From Candidatus Sumerlaeaceae bacterium (GTDB lineage: Bacteria; Sumerlaeota; Sumerlaeia; Sumerlaeales; Sumerlaeaceae): DNA of 64,000 nt. The notes beneath the pieces were generated by a model, which was not told the DNA's origin, did no database searches, and saw nothing but the letters and a program-made list of their open reading frames with translations. The stretch lies in the NCBI GenBank assembly GCA_051003195.1, contig JBPCLP010000019.1:1-64000 (forward strand), read 5' to 3'. Made by a program: the position numbers and the translations under genes. Of this stretch, positions 45,699-55,612 are shown in pieces (the first letter of the stretch is position 1; every line of letters starts with the position of its first letter).

Positions 45699-48476
45699 CT
45701 ATTTATCCCATTTGCTAGAAAACGAATACCTTCCCGACTCGGCTTCCAGTTCAACACTCCCCGGGTTATTGCGCGTCATCTTAAGTCCTGCCACCTCCGC
45801 AAGTGGTTTGCCTGATTCGGTTACGGACTTCACATCTGTTGTGGGCACAAACAACGTCGCGGTCGAATTTGCGGGAATAACAACTTCCCACACAACGTTA
45901 TCGCCGTCTATCTTCCAGCTGCTGCCGATGGTCCCGTACAGGCTTACGTGTTCGGCCCTGGCCCAGGTTAGATCTCCCGCCAACTCCGGCTTCAGAATGA
46001 CATGTTTGAAACCGGGCAGTTTCGGGTCCACCCGGATTCCCGCAAGCGTGTGATAGTACCACGTCCCAATGGGTCCCTGCAGGGATGGCATCTGGACAAG
46101 ACCCCCCTGCCAGTCTTCCTTCATGACAGTCTGGCCGCGGTTAAGAATCGCGTCGATAAAACCCGGGTGATCGGCCTGCGTGGCAATGGTCCAGGCGACT
46201 TCGGGGTGCCCCATTTCCGCAAGTCCGGTCAGTAGCAGCGGCGTTCCAACGAATCCTGTGGAGAGGTGATTATTATCCGCAGTGATGCGTTCCAGAAGAC
46301 GCTTCCTTACAAGGTCACGTTTGTCGTCGGGAACAAGCCCGAAATAAAGCGATAATAGCTGACTGGTCTGGCTGCCTTTGGCATAATCCCCGGTCTCTGC
46401 ATTAAAGAATTTGTGGTTATATGCGTCGCGTATTTTCGCGCCAACAGCCGCATAACTGGTCGCGTCGTCATTCCTGCCAAGCAGTAGTGCGGTCTGCGTC
46501 AGGATGTCGGAAAACCAGTAGTATGCAATCGTGGAAGTAATGGGCACAGGTGTCCGTACAGGACGAACCGATCCCACTTCCATCCAGTCGCCCAATCCCC
46601 ATTCCACAATATGATCTTTGGCGATACTGGTCAGATAATTAAACTGCATCTGCATCGCTTTGTAGCTCTCAGCCAGAATCTGCGTGTCGCCATAGAACTG
46701 GTAGATGTACCACGGCGTATAGACTACGACGCCGCCCCACCAGGGTCCGTTTATAGTCGGACCATCGAATCGACCGGGCGCTACCGGGGGCATGTAGCCG
46801 TCAGGATGAATCGCATCCAGAAAATCCCGCTGCCACTTCAGGTAGGTTTGTGCGGCATCGACGTTATAAACCGTCTCCCAGAATCCGTTCTCGACATCCT
46901 GCGTCCACCCCGCTTTCTCCCGTGTCGGATCGTTAGGTATGTGGATGATATAGTTCTGCAGTGTTCGAAGCAGGACCTGCTGAAGTTTATTGAGGCGCTC
47001 ATCCGAACAGGAGAAAGATCCTGCGCACGGCAGATCCGATACAACTACCTGCGCTTCCACGTCGGCAGGCGAGGGCTGGTAGTTCAGACCGGTTACTTCG
47101 ACGTACTGATATCCATTATAAGAAAAACGTGAAGCGAAGGTTTCGGTTGTGCCGCCTTTGCGGATGAATTTACAGGTCTGATATCTGCCGAGCGTGTGCG
47201 TCCCGGATCCGGGGTAGTTCACAGTAATTTCCTCGCCTGGTTTGCCCCGAACCTTGAGCTGGGCCCAACCTGCAGTCTCGAATCCAATATCGAATCGCCA
47301 CCGGTCTTTTTCCAGTGTTACCGACGTAGCCGCGCTGCGCTGTACAGTGCGCACGGGCGGCAGCATCTGCGCGCAAAGTCTACCGTCAGGCGCTGTGCCG
47401 GGAACTGCCTTCTTCCACCTGGAGTCATCAAATCCCACGGCATCCCATCCAGGGAATTCCTTGCGAGCATCATAGGTTTCTCCCCCCAGCAGGCAATTAA
47501 ATGTCAGAGGGCCATCTGTGGTAAACTTCCACTCGGTATCACTTCCCACAAAGCTGTGCGAGCCGTCCGTGTGCTCGATGTCGATTTCCATGAGCAGGCG
47601 TGGCGGGGCGATATAATCGGCGGCGTAAAAGCGCAGGGTGTGGGGAATGATGAGATTGTACCATCCGTTACCCAGGAGTACGCCGATCGCATTGCGTCCG
47701 GTTTTGACTGCCGACGTGACATCATGAGAAACGTAGAGCACTCGCTTTTGATAGTCCGTAAAGGAAGGGTTCAGATGGTGATCAGAGACCCTTGCTCCAT
47801 TAAGATACATTTCATGTAGCCCAAGTCCGCAAACGTATGCAGTGGCGCGGCGGACCGGGGCGGTGGTGTCGAACTCACGGCGCAGGTAAACACCGGGAGC
47901 GGTAGTTACGTTCTCGGTCATCTTGCGGCAGCGCTCTGCAACCTGCCAGATTTCTGATTCCGGCTCCATCCCGAAATCCGACATGGCGCGCAGCTCTTTC
48001 TGGTAATCCATCAGCTCCAGGTCAGAGGTGATCCATCTGCCGCGCCATTCACCGGGCTGCAGTATGCCCATGGTCCACTGCGCAGGTGCGCTCCAGGCAG
48101 ACTGGTGACCATCTTTGTCGCGGATGCGCACCTTCCACCAGCACTGCTGCCGACTACGCAATGGCTTCCCGGCGTAAGGTACAAAGACAGACTGAGTTGA
48201 AGTTGTATCCCCTGAATCCCAGAGATCTCCCTGGTCCCTGCGAAGTAACTCCGCGGTACTGGCAACCAGGACCTGGTAACCGGTCTGGCATTGTCCCCGT
48301 TCATCCGTTTTCAATTTCCAGAACAGGCGCGGCCTGGGCACGTCTATGCCGATCGGGTCCATGAAGTATTCGCATTTTAAATCGGTGAGCATAACCGATG
48401 AAGATGCGGCCGCGACTGACGCGAGAGATGACAGAAGTATTAATACAGTCGGGCAGATAAATTGAGCGAAGCGCAT
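45699..48476 (-). CDS. GH78 alpha-L-rhamnosidase-family protein
   Basis: LKCEY..PIGID..PRL.W, LRREF, GLGLHE, PNDPTREKAGWTQD, GDW, TGFVGT, SLYGTIGSSW. Signal peptide, GGAGG RBS. Confidence 0.88.
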   Translation of the reverse strand: MRFAQFICPTVLILLSSLASVAAASSSVMLTDLKCEYFMDPIGIDVPRPRLFWKLKTDERGQCQTGYQVLVASTAELLRRDQGDLWDSGDTTSTQSVFVPYAGKPLRSRQQCWWKVRIRDKDGHQSAWSAPAQWTMGILQPGEWRGRWITSDLELMDYQKELRAMSDFGMEPESEIWQVAERCRKMTENVTTAPGVYLRREFDTTAPVRRATAYVCGLGLHEMYLNGARVSDHHLNPSFTDYQKRVLYVSHDVTSAVKTGRNAIGVLLGNGWYNLIIPHTLRFYAADYIAPPRLLMEIDIEHTDGSHSFVGSDTEWKFTTDGPLTFNCLLGGETYDARKEFPGWDAVGFDDSRWKKAVPGTAPDGRLCAQMLPPVRTVQRSAATSVTLEKDRWRFDIGFETAGWAQLKVRGKPGEEITVNYPGSGTHTLGRYQTCKFIRKGGTTETFASRFSYNGYQYVEVTGLNYQPSPADVEAQVVVSDLPCAGSFSCSDERLNKLQQVLLRTLQNYIIHIPNDPTREKAGWTQDVENGFWETVYNVDAAQTYLKWQRDFLDAIHPDGYMPPVAPGRFDGPTINGPWWGGVVVYTPWYIYQFYGDTQILAESYKAMQMQFNYLTSIAKDHIVEWGLGDWMEVGSVRPVRTPVPITSTIAYYWFSDILTQTALLLGRNDDATSYAAVGAKIRDAYNHKFFNAETGDYAKGSQTSQLLSLYFGLVPDDKRDLVRKRLLERITADNNHLSTGFVGTPLLLTGLAEMGHPEVAWTIATQADHPGFIDAILNRGQTVMKEDWQGGLVQMPSLQGPIGTWYYHTLAGIRVDPKLPGFKHVILKPELAGDLTWARAEHVSLYGTIGSSWKIDGDNVVWEVVIPANSTATLFVPTTDVKSVTESGKPLAEVAGLKMTRNNPGSVELEAESGRYSFSSKWDK

Positions 48477-48542
48477 CGGCAGCAAACCTCCAAAATTATC
48501 GTTGTCCATGAGCGTTTATCTGCGGTTCTCCGCTTGCTCCTG

Positions 48543-51500
48543 TTAATCGACAATAACCGCGTCGATGTTCACCGCGCACTTGTTTCCGAGGTCATTAGTC
48601 TTCACATCGGATTCGTCAAACTGAAGCTTGAGGGGTCCCCTCATGAGAAGGTTTTCCAGCCGGATCTGCTGATAATTGTGCCATGAACCGGTGGGCGGGA
48701 ATGAGATTGCGCCGACGCGTTGTGTCCCGGCGTACAGGGTGCACTGGGTTGCTGTACTGTTCTCGTTTGCGTAGGTAATGATAACCTTTTTTGTGTCGGG
48801 AACATTGAACGTAATCTTGTTTCCCGCTGCCTGGCCAAAGTACCCGATTCCCTTACCGGCAGACGCGGCTGTATCGTCGTACACTTTGCCGCCTTCCACT
48901 TCGGCTTCTTCGGCTTCAAAGGGAGTGCCTCCGTTGCGGAACTTGATATAGTGAATGTTTGCATGGTCTCCCCACCCGGAATTGAATCGCAGGTAGAGGG
49001 TGTGCTTTCCGGAAAACTTCGCGGTCACTGGAAGAAAGAATGTTTTCCAGGTTTGGGCGCCGCCGGTATTACTGATTTCGCCTGTCGCGATAATGGGTCC
49101 GATATAGGCATTATCGAGCCGGGCTTCGAGTATGACCGGCTTCGGTGTTTCGGAGGAGAGGCGCACCATCAGTGTCGCGGGAGCGGTTGTGAATTCCGCC
49201 GGACCCCATTCCAGCCACGAGAGATGGTTCATGTGGCGTGCGAACCAGCCATCCCTGCACGGGACTTTGTCGGCTACCGCGCTTCGTGTGCAGTCGGTCG
49301 CCTTAGTCAGAGTCATCGGGTCCCAGGTTGATGTGTGGTAACTGAGCGCCACGGATTCCGTCGGCGCGGATTCGCAGCCATTGATGTCCACTGCGGCAAC
49401 ACGGTAGTAATACGTCCCGGAAAGAGGCGTTCCGTCGTAATCGTCTGCTTGATCGGAGAAGGCAGTCGTTTGCCCCGAGACGTACGTCAGAAGGTTCTCG
49501 CGCGAGACAGGACATTCGATCGAGCGGCTGCGATAAATGCGCGACCAGAACGGAGCCGGTTCTCCGATCTGCCAGCGCATTGTATTCTGCTCAGCAGTCA
49601 AATGGGACAGAGCAGGGACCTCATGCGTCTGTCCCGGTTTCACTATGACAGAACGCGTTTTTCCGGGTGCGCCAGCCGGCCACGCGCCTTTATTGCTTCC
49701 GTCAGAGGCGGTGACGTAATACTGAATTCCTCGCCCGAGGAGATCACTTCCAAGCCTGGCGCCGAAGATCGCCTTGGTACGCCGGGACATCGCCACGTCT
49801 GTCCATTTGGAATTACTTCCGTCACGTCCAAGTGGCTTGTAGTGCAGGGTCGAAGAGACCAGTTCGTAAGCGCGGCCATCGAGAATACGTGCTGTCAGAT
49901 CAAATGGTTCGCCGTGTTGCAGAGAGCCGGGAGGAGAAATGACAAAAATCTGAGGCGCACTTTTGTCGCCTGTTCCGGCGTCGCACTTTACCGTGATTGA
50001 ATGACTGCTTTCCTGTCCGCTTTGAGAAAGTGCGGTAATGGAGTAGCGAAAACCACCGTTGGCGGCATCTACATATTTGCGGTCATTAGAAGCCAGCGGC
50101 CGATCCGTTATGCGCTTGTCGTCGCGATAAATATTAAACCCGGTAGCACTGGACTCCTCATTATTCCAGGTGATGACAGCACCGTCTGGGTTTCCCCGGC
50201 ACTCGACTTCAGACGGCGGCTGGACTGGAAGACTTTCCCGCAATTGAAGAACGCGCGCAGCATAGCGGATCTGCACGGCCCGGTTCTGAGTACTCATGAC
50301 ATTTCCGAGCGAAGAAATGTCGCTGGTTCTCGAAATGAAGGAGCCGGCCCAGGCAGGAAAATCCCCGGGCAACTGGTCCCAGGTCAGATTAAAGAAATTC
50401 TCGTCGAGACGATCCCACGCTTCGACAGCGGCAAGGCGTTCTTTCAGCAGGTTCAGCCTGAACTTGCCGGCCGGACTTGTGGTTTCCTGAATGCAGCGGG
50501 TGATGGTCGATTGCTGGTCGACTGCCGTCGCGATGTCTGCAGTGCGCGGTTTGAGGTTAAAGCTGGGAGTTCCCTCGCACTCGCTTGCAAATATCGCCAC
50601 GGCCTCGTTTTCATTAATGATTGCCGTGATGGAACTGGTGGCTGCATCGCCGTAATTTACGCGGGCATAGTCCTCGTAAACCTGGCGGCTGGAAGTGATG
50701 CTGCCGCTGGTGGACCAGGGAGCATCGGCGATGTATTTCATCTTGGCTTCAACGGCATCTCCAATTCGCCACGTCAGGCAAAGCAGACCCAGGGTATTGG
50801 TGGATGCGTTCTGATAAGTTTTAACCGTTTCGCTGATGTTCACGTCGTAGGGATAGTAATAGACCGAACTGTTAAAGTCGCGTTCGAGCCATGGGCAGGC
50901 CCAGTATTCGTGATTCCCATAAAGACTGCCATCCTGCCACCCGGCGGAGTAAGGCGCAATTGGAGCTGCGATGACGTCCGACGGAAACGCTTTAACTTCT
51001 TCGGGGGGCAGGCCCCAGCCAGACACGGCGATCTGGATATGCGGAGCGGCCTTTTTCAGGCGCTCGTACAGTCCAAGAAACAGCCTGTCCCAGTATTCCG
51101 ATTTCTCGCCTGCCTGGTACCGCTCGGAACGAAACGCGAGGAAGTAATCGAGGTCCGGGTAGTCTCCTGCAATCTGGCTTGCACGCGCTTGCAGAACTTC
51201 AGGATTGTCTCCGGAAGTGCCGTAGTCAGAGGGCAGCAGATCGACATCAATGCCGAGGCCGATTTTGACTCCGCGCTGGTGTGCGTGACGCAGCACCCGT
51301 TGAAACAGAGTGACGCTTTTACCGAACACTTCGACGTTCGAAAGTCCCTCGTTATGTAGCGCGGCGTCGCTTCCGAAATCATAATCGTCGAACAGATCAC
51401 GCGCGCCGAACAGATAATGATTTACGTCCCATCCGGGCCCGGCCCAGGCATGGCCTGTGCGCGCAGTCGGAAACCAGACTCGCGAAAGGTGTCCGTTCCA

Positions 51501-52244
51501 TGTGAAGTTATGGAACATTTCATTGTGGGAACCTTCGCCGTTATAGTTGTGAATGTGGAGAAAGTTCATCCGCATTTTAGCCATCTGATCAAGGATGAAC
51601 CGGTAATCTTCCCAGCTATAACTCGTTGCCGACTGCGGGAAATTGGTCCATGGAAGAAACCCGCGGATCTTCTGGCGGGGAGTGACTGTTTCATCGAGGC
51701 CGGACGGCAGATCTGAAGGAAGCTTTTCAGATGGAAACACGTCGCCGGTCAGATAGAATCGCACGCCAAAACACTTCTCAAGAAGCGCGTAGGTTCCATA
51801 GAGAGTGCCGATGGAGTCGCCTCCTTCGATTACAAGTAATTTGGGCTGGAGAGATTTTGCGGCCTGATTAAGCGCGATTGATTTCAGCCGGTAAGACTGC
51901 GGACCGAGGGGAGACGATTCAACCGATAGAGCGCCGGTGGTCAGCTCCTGAATGCGCCGGTTTGTGGTGGGCTGTCCTAGAATGATTGAGCTGCGATCCA
52001 GAGGCGCCGCATCGTTCCTGATTGGACACCATTCACCAGTGGCGTGGAGCAGGTAACGCTGAAGTTCCTGCGCGGCGTATAGTTCCTCATCAGTCGCGTT
52101 GGTCCCCGAAATGATTTGAAGAGTGGCGGTGGATAATTCGGTAGAATGCTGCGCCGCAGCAGTCGCCGGCATTGGTGTTCTGATCAGGCAGACAGCCAGA
52201 ACCCACGGGGTAATAATTTGAGACACGCTGATAAAAGATTTCAT
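48543..52244 (-). CDS. Large secreted glycoside hydrolase-like protein (GH20/GH67-type N domain, TIM-barrel-like core, FN3-like domains, two CBM6/35-like modules)
   Basis: AAQELQRYL, GTLYGTYALLE..GVRFY, RGFLPW, ILDQMAKMRMN, YYYRVAAVD, NTGGAQTWKT, FEAEEA...FPPTGSW...NIDAV. Confidence 0.7.
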   Translation of the reverse strand: MKSFISVSQIITPWVLAVCLIRTPMPATAAAQHSTELSTATLQIISGTNATDEELYAAQELQRYLLHATGEWCPIRNDAAPLDRSSIILGQPTTNRRIQELTTGALSVESSPLGPQSYRLKSIALNQAAKSLQPKLLVIEGGDSIGTLYGTYALLEKCFGVRFYLTGDVFPSEKLPSDLPSGLDETVTPRQKIRGFLPWTNFPQSATSYSWEDYRFILDQMAKMRMNFLHIHNYNGEGSHNEMFHNFTWNGHLSRVWFPTARTGHAWAGPGWDVNHYLFGARDLFDDYDFGSDAALHNEGLSNVEVFGKSVTLFQRVLRHAHQRGVKIGLGIDVDLLPSDYGTSGDNPEVLQARASQIAGDYPDLDYFLAFRSERYQAGEKSEYWDRLFLGLYERLKKAAPHIQIAVSGWGLPPEEVKAFPSDVIAAPIAPYSAGWQDGSLYGNHEYWACPWLERDFNSSVYYYPYDVNISETVKTYQNASTNTLGLLCLTWRIGDAVEAKMKYIADAPWSTSGSITSSRQVYEDYARVNYGDAATSSITAIINENEAVAIFASECEGTPSFNLKPRTADIATAVDQQSTITRCIQETTSPAGKFRLNLLKERLAAVEAWDRLDENFFNLTWDQLPGDFPAWAGSFISRTSDISSLGNVMSTQNRAVQIRYAARVLQLRESLPVQPPSEVECRGNPDGAVITWNNEESSATGFNIYRDDKRITDRPLASNDRKYVDAANGGFRYSITALSQSGQESSHSITVKCDAGTGDKSAPQIFVISPPGSLQHGEPFDLTARILDGRAYELVSSTLHYKPLGRDGSNSKWTDVAMSRRTKAIFGARLGSDLLGRGIQYYVTASDGSNKGAWPAGAPGKTRSVIVKPGQTHEVPALSHLTAEQNTMRWQIGEPAPFWSRIYRSRSIECPVSRENLLTYVSGQTTAFSDQADDYDGTPLSGTYYYRVAAVDINGCESAPTESVALSYHTSTWDPMTLTKATDCTRSAVADKVPCRDGWFARHMNHLSWLEWGPAEFTTAPATLMVRLSSETPKPVILEARLDNAYIGPIIATGEISNTGGAQTWKTFFLPVTAKFSGKHTLYLRFNSGWGDHANIHYIKFRNGGTPFEAEEAEVEGGKVYDDTAASAGKGIGYFGQAAGNKITFNVPDTKKVIITYANENSTATQCTLYAGTQRVGAISFPPTGSWHNYQQIRLENLLMRGPLKLQFDESDVKTNDLGNKCAVNIDAVIVD

Positions 52245-52337
52245 GAGAAGCCTCCCGGTTGGCAGCCAGCCAGAGGGCGACTTGGAACGCGAATTTCGTG
52301 AACGCAAGCAGCCTTACTCCGTCGGAAAAACAGTCTA

Positions 52338-52496
52338 GAAATTAGGGCCGTGTAGTTTTCTTTCTGCATGCCCCTCATTCGTACGTGTCGGGTGGACGTA
52401 TGCCGCGATTTGCAAGGATGGTTGTGCCTGTGGAGCCGTGCCATATCACGCATCCCGGCAATTTTATACGTCCCCCATTTTCCGTCCCCCATTTTC
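52338..52496 (+). mobile_element. Miniature deletion derivative of a RAYT/TIRYT-like element
   Basis: ATG 52400 gives MPRFARMVVPVEPCHITHPGN (RAYT N-terminus consensus MPRxARxxxPGxxHHxTxRGN), followed by cgtcccccattttc x2. Confidence 0.7.
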
Positions 52497-52519
52497 GCGG
52501 ACGCGCGACACGACACGGG

Positions 52520-53602
52520 TTACCGGGGTATTTGAAAAGCTGCCACCTGGTCTACCATGGAAGCAAGTGCGTGGGCTTCCGCCTCCGCCGCTGTAGTTTT
52601 TGGCACGTTTTGAAAAATTCCACCCGTGACGAACGTTCGGCCGGTCGGCTTGTCGACGGCGACAGCAAGGCCTGCCCATGCGGCGAGATCTGTTTTTAGG
52701 ACCGTCCACGGTTGGACTGTGCCATCTCGCACGGTCGAGAACCAGATCGAATTGGTTGAATACTCGTTGGCGTATTTGCCGGAAACACAAACGAGGAAAT
52801 TAGTGCCGTAACAGTAACCAGCTCCGTAGACGGGAGAAGGCATTTGTTTTGGCTCCTCGCGCCATGTTCCAACTGTTGTGCCCGAAAAGGAGGCCGAAAA
52901 AACCTTTTCATTAACAAGATTTCTTTTGGGGGTGGGCAATCCGCCCCATACATATAACCGCCCTCCTGCCAGCCCGCAACCGTGATACCACAGAGCAGTA
53001 GGCAGTTTGCCTGCAAGTTGCCACTCTCCGGGCGTGCCGTCGGCTGCAATGGTGCTGATCAACACATCAGCGGAAGGTCCGCCCTTCGCGGAACCACCCG
53101 TCACTACCAACGCACGTTCATCGGAGCATGTACCCGCGCACGAAAGGCGCCCGGTCGGAATAACAGGTCCTTTCTTCCAGGCACTAAGAACGCCATCCGC
53201 GCCAATGCTGGCCCAGATCGTATCATTCATTTTAGTCAGCTGCTTCTCATCAGTTTCGGCCGCGCCCGTCGCTCCTTTTAAGCTCAGGCCACCAACTATA
53301 TAAATCGCGTTTCCGACGAGCTGAACGGTGTTTGCGATGAGCCCACGTGGCTCCGGCAATGAAGTCTCGTCGCGCCAGGGGCCGGTTTTGTAGCCCTGAA
53401 GTAGCGGAGCCGACTTGACCGTTTGCGTCCACCCGGAAGGAGTTTGGCCGCCAATGACATACAGGCGCTCCCGGGCCACAATCGCGCCATGGCGTTGGCG
53501 AGGTTCCGGCAAAGTACCGCATTTTTGGAGTGCAAAAACGGTTTCAGCCATGGCCTGACATTGGGCCAGCACAACAAAACAAATCAGCCAGAAGCTTCGC
53601 AT
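52520..53602 (-). CDS. Secreted Kelch-repeat protein
   Basis: LPEPRQRHG...LYVIGG, LPEPR...IYIVGG, VVTGG, LYVWGG, FVTGG. Signal peptide MRSFWLIC. Confidence 0.85.
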   Translation of the reverse strand: MRSFWLICFVVLAQCQAMAETVFALQKCGTLPEPRQRHGAIVARERLYVIGGQTPSGWTQTVKSAPLLQGYKTGPWRDETSLPEPRGLIANTVQLVGNAIYIVGGLSLKGATGAAETDEKQLTKMNDTIWASIGADGVLSAWKKGPVIPTGRLSCAGTCSDERALVVTGGSAKGGPSADVLISTIAADGTPGEWQLAGKLPTALWYHGCGLAGGRLYVWGGLPTPKRNLVNEKVFSASFSGTTVGTWREEPKQMPSPVYGAGYCYGTNFLVCVSGKYANEYSTNSIWFSTVRDGTVQPWTVLKTDLAAWAGLAVAVDKPTGRTFVTGGIFQNVPKTTAAEAEAHALASMVDQVAAFQIPR

Positions 53603-53686
53603 CGTGTCGCTCCGTGATTGTTTCAGAGATACACAACCCATTGCATTATCCGAAAATGATGCAAGCTGTAAGTGCCGGGCATAAAC

Positions 53687-54697
53687 ATGAAAAGGATTTT
53701 GCGCTCGATGGAAAAAGTCGCAGCAGTTCTCCTGTCTCTCCTGGGAATTCTCCTGTTTTACGCTCCCGCTGCACGGGCGGCAGAAAGTCGCGAGCATACC
53801 ACGACGCCGGTGAACATTCTGTTCGATACGGACATGGGATCCGACTGCGACGATGCCGGCGCGCTTGCCGCGCTGCACAAGCTGGCGGATTATGGCGAAG
53901 TGAATCTGCTCGGTGTGATCTTCAGCTCGGGACGGAATCCATACGGCGTTGGTGTCTGCGACGCAATCAACACGTACTACGGCCGCGGCGAACTCCCACT
54001 GGGCCAGTACAAGAAAGACGATGTCGGAGATCCCGTCGACCGTTACTGCCGCATTGTCGCCACGAACACGAAAGCTTATCGGCACAACGTGGTGGATAGT
54101 GCGCCGGACCTGCTTCGGGTGTACAAGGATGTGTTGCAGGCCCAGCCGGATGGGAGCGTTACCATCGTGACCGTCGGCCACCTCCACGGTCTGAGCCACT
54201 TGATCGATGACGCGGAGGGCCTGGACCTGGTACGGCGCAAGGTGAAGCAGTGTGTCTCGATGGGCGGCGCGCCCGACACTCCGCAGGAGGAATGGAACCT
54301 GTGCCGCCCTGGTGTCGAAGGCTACGTCGCCAATGTCCTCAAGAAGTGGCCGACGCCGCACTACATCTCCGCCATGGGGGCCGATATTCTCACCGGACAT
54401 CGCAAGCTGCCCTCGACGCCGGAGGAGAACCCGGTGCGGGAGGCATACCTGCACTATGACAGCGCGCTCAAGAAAGGCCGATCGAGCTGGGACCAGGTGG
54501 CCGTCCTTTATGCGGCGCGTCCCCACCTGTTCAAAGTCGAAAGAGGAACGCTGAAGCAGGATGAAAAGTTTCGTGTCGTGTGGAGCGGCACGGTTTCCGA
54601 GCCTCCGCGTTACCGGGTCATTCCGCTGCTCCCACACGGCGAGCTTGAGGCCGTCATCGAAGATCTCATGAGCGCGCCACCGCGGCCAAAGCCTTAG
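53687..54697 (+). CDS. Secreted nucleoside hydrolase (IU-NH)-like protein
   Basis: ILFDTDMGSDCDDAGALA, VTIVTVG, SMGG, EWN, RSSWDQ. Confidence 0.85.
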   Translation: MKRILRSMEKVAAVLLSLLGILLFYAPAARAAESREHTTTPVNILFDTDMGSDCDDAGALAALHKLADYGEVNLLGVIFSSGRNPYGVGVCDAINTYYGRGELPLGQYKKDDVGDPVDRYCRIVATNTKAYRHNVVDSAPDLLRVYKDVLQAQPDGSVTIVTVGHLHGLSHLIDDAEGLDLVRRKVKQCVSMGGAPDTPQEEWNLCRPGVEGYVANVLKKWPTPHYISAMGADILTGHRKLPSTPEENPVREAYLHYDSALKKGRSSWDQVAVLYAARPHLFKVERGTLKQDEKFRVVWSGTVSEPPRYRVIPLLPHGELEAVIEDLMSAPPRPKP

Positions 54698-54775
54698 ACA
54701 ACCCCACCCTCCCCGATTAGTCAGAGATCAATTCTTAAATTGTAACTCGTAATTCTCGCCGCAAAGCATAGCTCC

Positions 54776-55573
54776 ATGCTTGCGTACATGTTCGACAATC
54801 TCTGGGCCACGCTTGCGCTACTCGCCGCATTACAAGTGCTGGAGTTCATCCTCGGCACCAACGCTCGCCGTGCTTATGACATGCAATCCCACTATGTACT
54901 CGAAAGCGGGTACACCAGCCTGGATGATGCACGACGCGCACCGCATGCACCAAAGCCGTACGTCACCCTGCTACGTGGGGGTCTGGTTTGGCTCGTCGCT
55001 GTTTCATGTATCTGGTATTTCTGCCACACACCACCCCCGCGCAGTTTCTCTTCGACCCCCCTACCCGCGCAGCACTTCCTGTTTGATGCGTTCATGGGTC
55101 TCCTCAGTTGTATCTATGTACACAGTGCAGGCAAGCACCTGATAAACATCGCGATCTTTCAGCACATGGCAAAGCCCGGCCGTATAGAAGGGACCATCCG
55201 CTTGTCCGCGACCGTAATGCAGCGCATAGGAGCGATTGGGTTAATGGCCGAAGCCGCGGCGTTGGCATTATACGGTGCGATGGTCTTCCATCCATTCTTT
55301 CTTGGTGGCGCAGTGGGCCTTTTTGCGGGAGGCGCGAAGGTCTACTTTGCCGCGAAGTACTCCGAAAAGCGCCAGGAAGCCATCGCTTCCGCGTTCGCCG
55401 CCGGGCAAGAACCGCCCCCTGAAGTCGGCGCAGCCACCAGAAGATACGTTGTCATGATCGCGCTTTGGCTCATCCTGTTCCTACTGTTCATTGTGCTGTT
55501 TAATAACTGGAACCGGGATGCGGACCCCGCACCCATCAAGAGATTAGATCGGGAGACAGCTCCGGATCGTTAA
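54776..55573 (+). CDS. Hypothetical membrane protein
   Basis: 265 aa with about 5-6 hydrophobic segments. Its stop codon lies inside the 45-bp repeat. Confidence 0.65.
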   Translation: MLAYMFDNLWATLALLAALQVLEFILGTNARRAYDMQSHYVLESGYTSLDDARRAPHAPKPYVTLLRGGLVWLVAVSCIWYFCHTPPPRSFSSTPLPAQHFLFDAFMGLLSCIYVHSAGKHLINIAIFQHMAKPGRIEGTIRLSATVMQRIGAIGLMAEAAALALYGAMVFHPFFLGGAVGLFAGGAKVYFAAKYSEKRQEAIASAFAAGQEPPPEVGAATRRYVVMIALWLILFLLFIVLFNNWNRDADPAPIKRLDRETAPDR

Positions 55574-55602
55574 GAATGGTTGCGCAGCTGACCCCAGAAG
55601 TC
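55558..55602. repeat. 45-bp dispersed repeat, copy 2 (contains CTGACCCC)
   Basis: agctccggatcgttaagaatggttgcgcagctgaccccagaagtc versus 40501-40545. Confidence 0.8.
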
Positions 55603-55612
55603 ATGTTCGCGT

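Noticed and set aside
53603..54637. N-terminal half of the 705-aa ORF 52520..54637
   Set aside because: It is the antisense shadow of the nucleoside hydrolase gene. The Kelch protein starts at 53602 with its own signal peptide.
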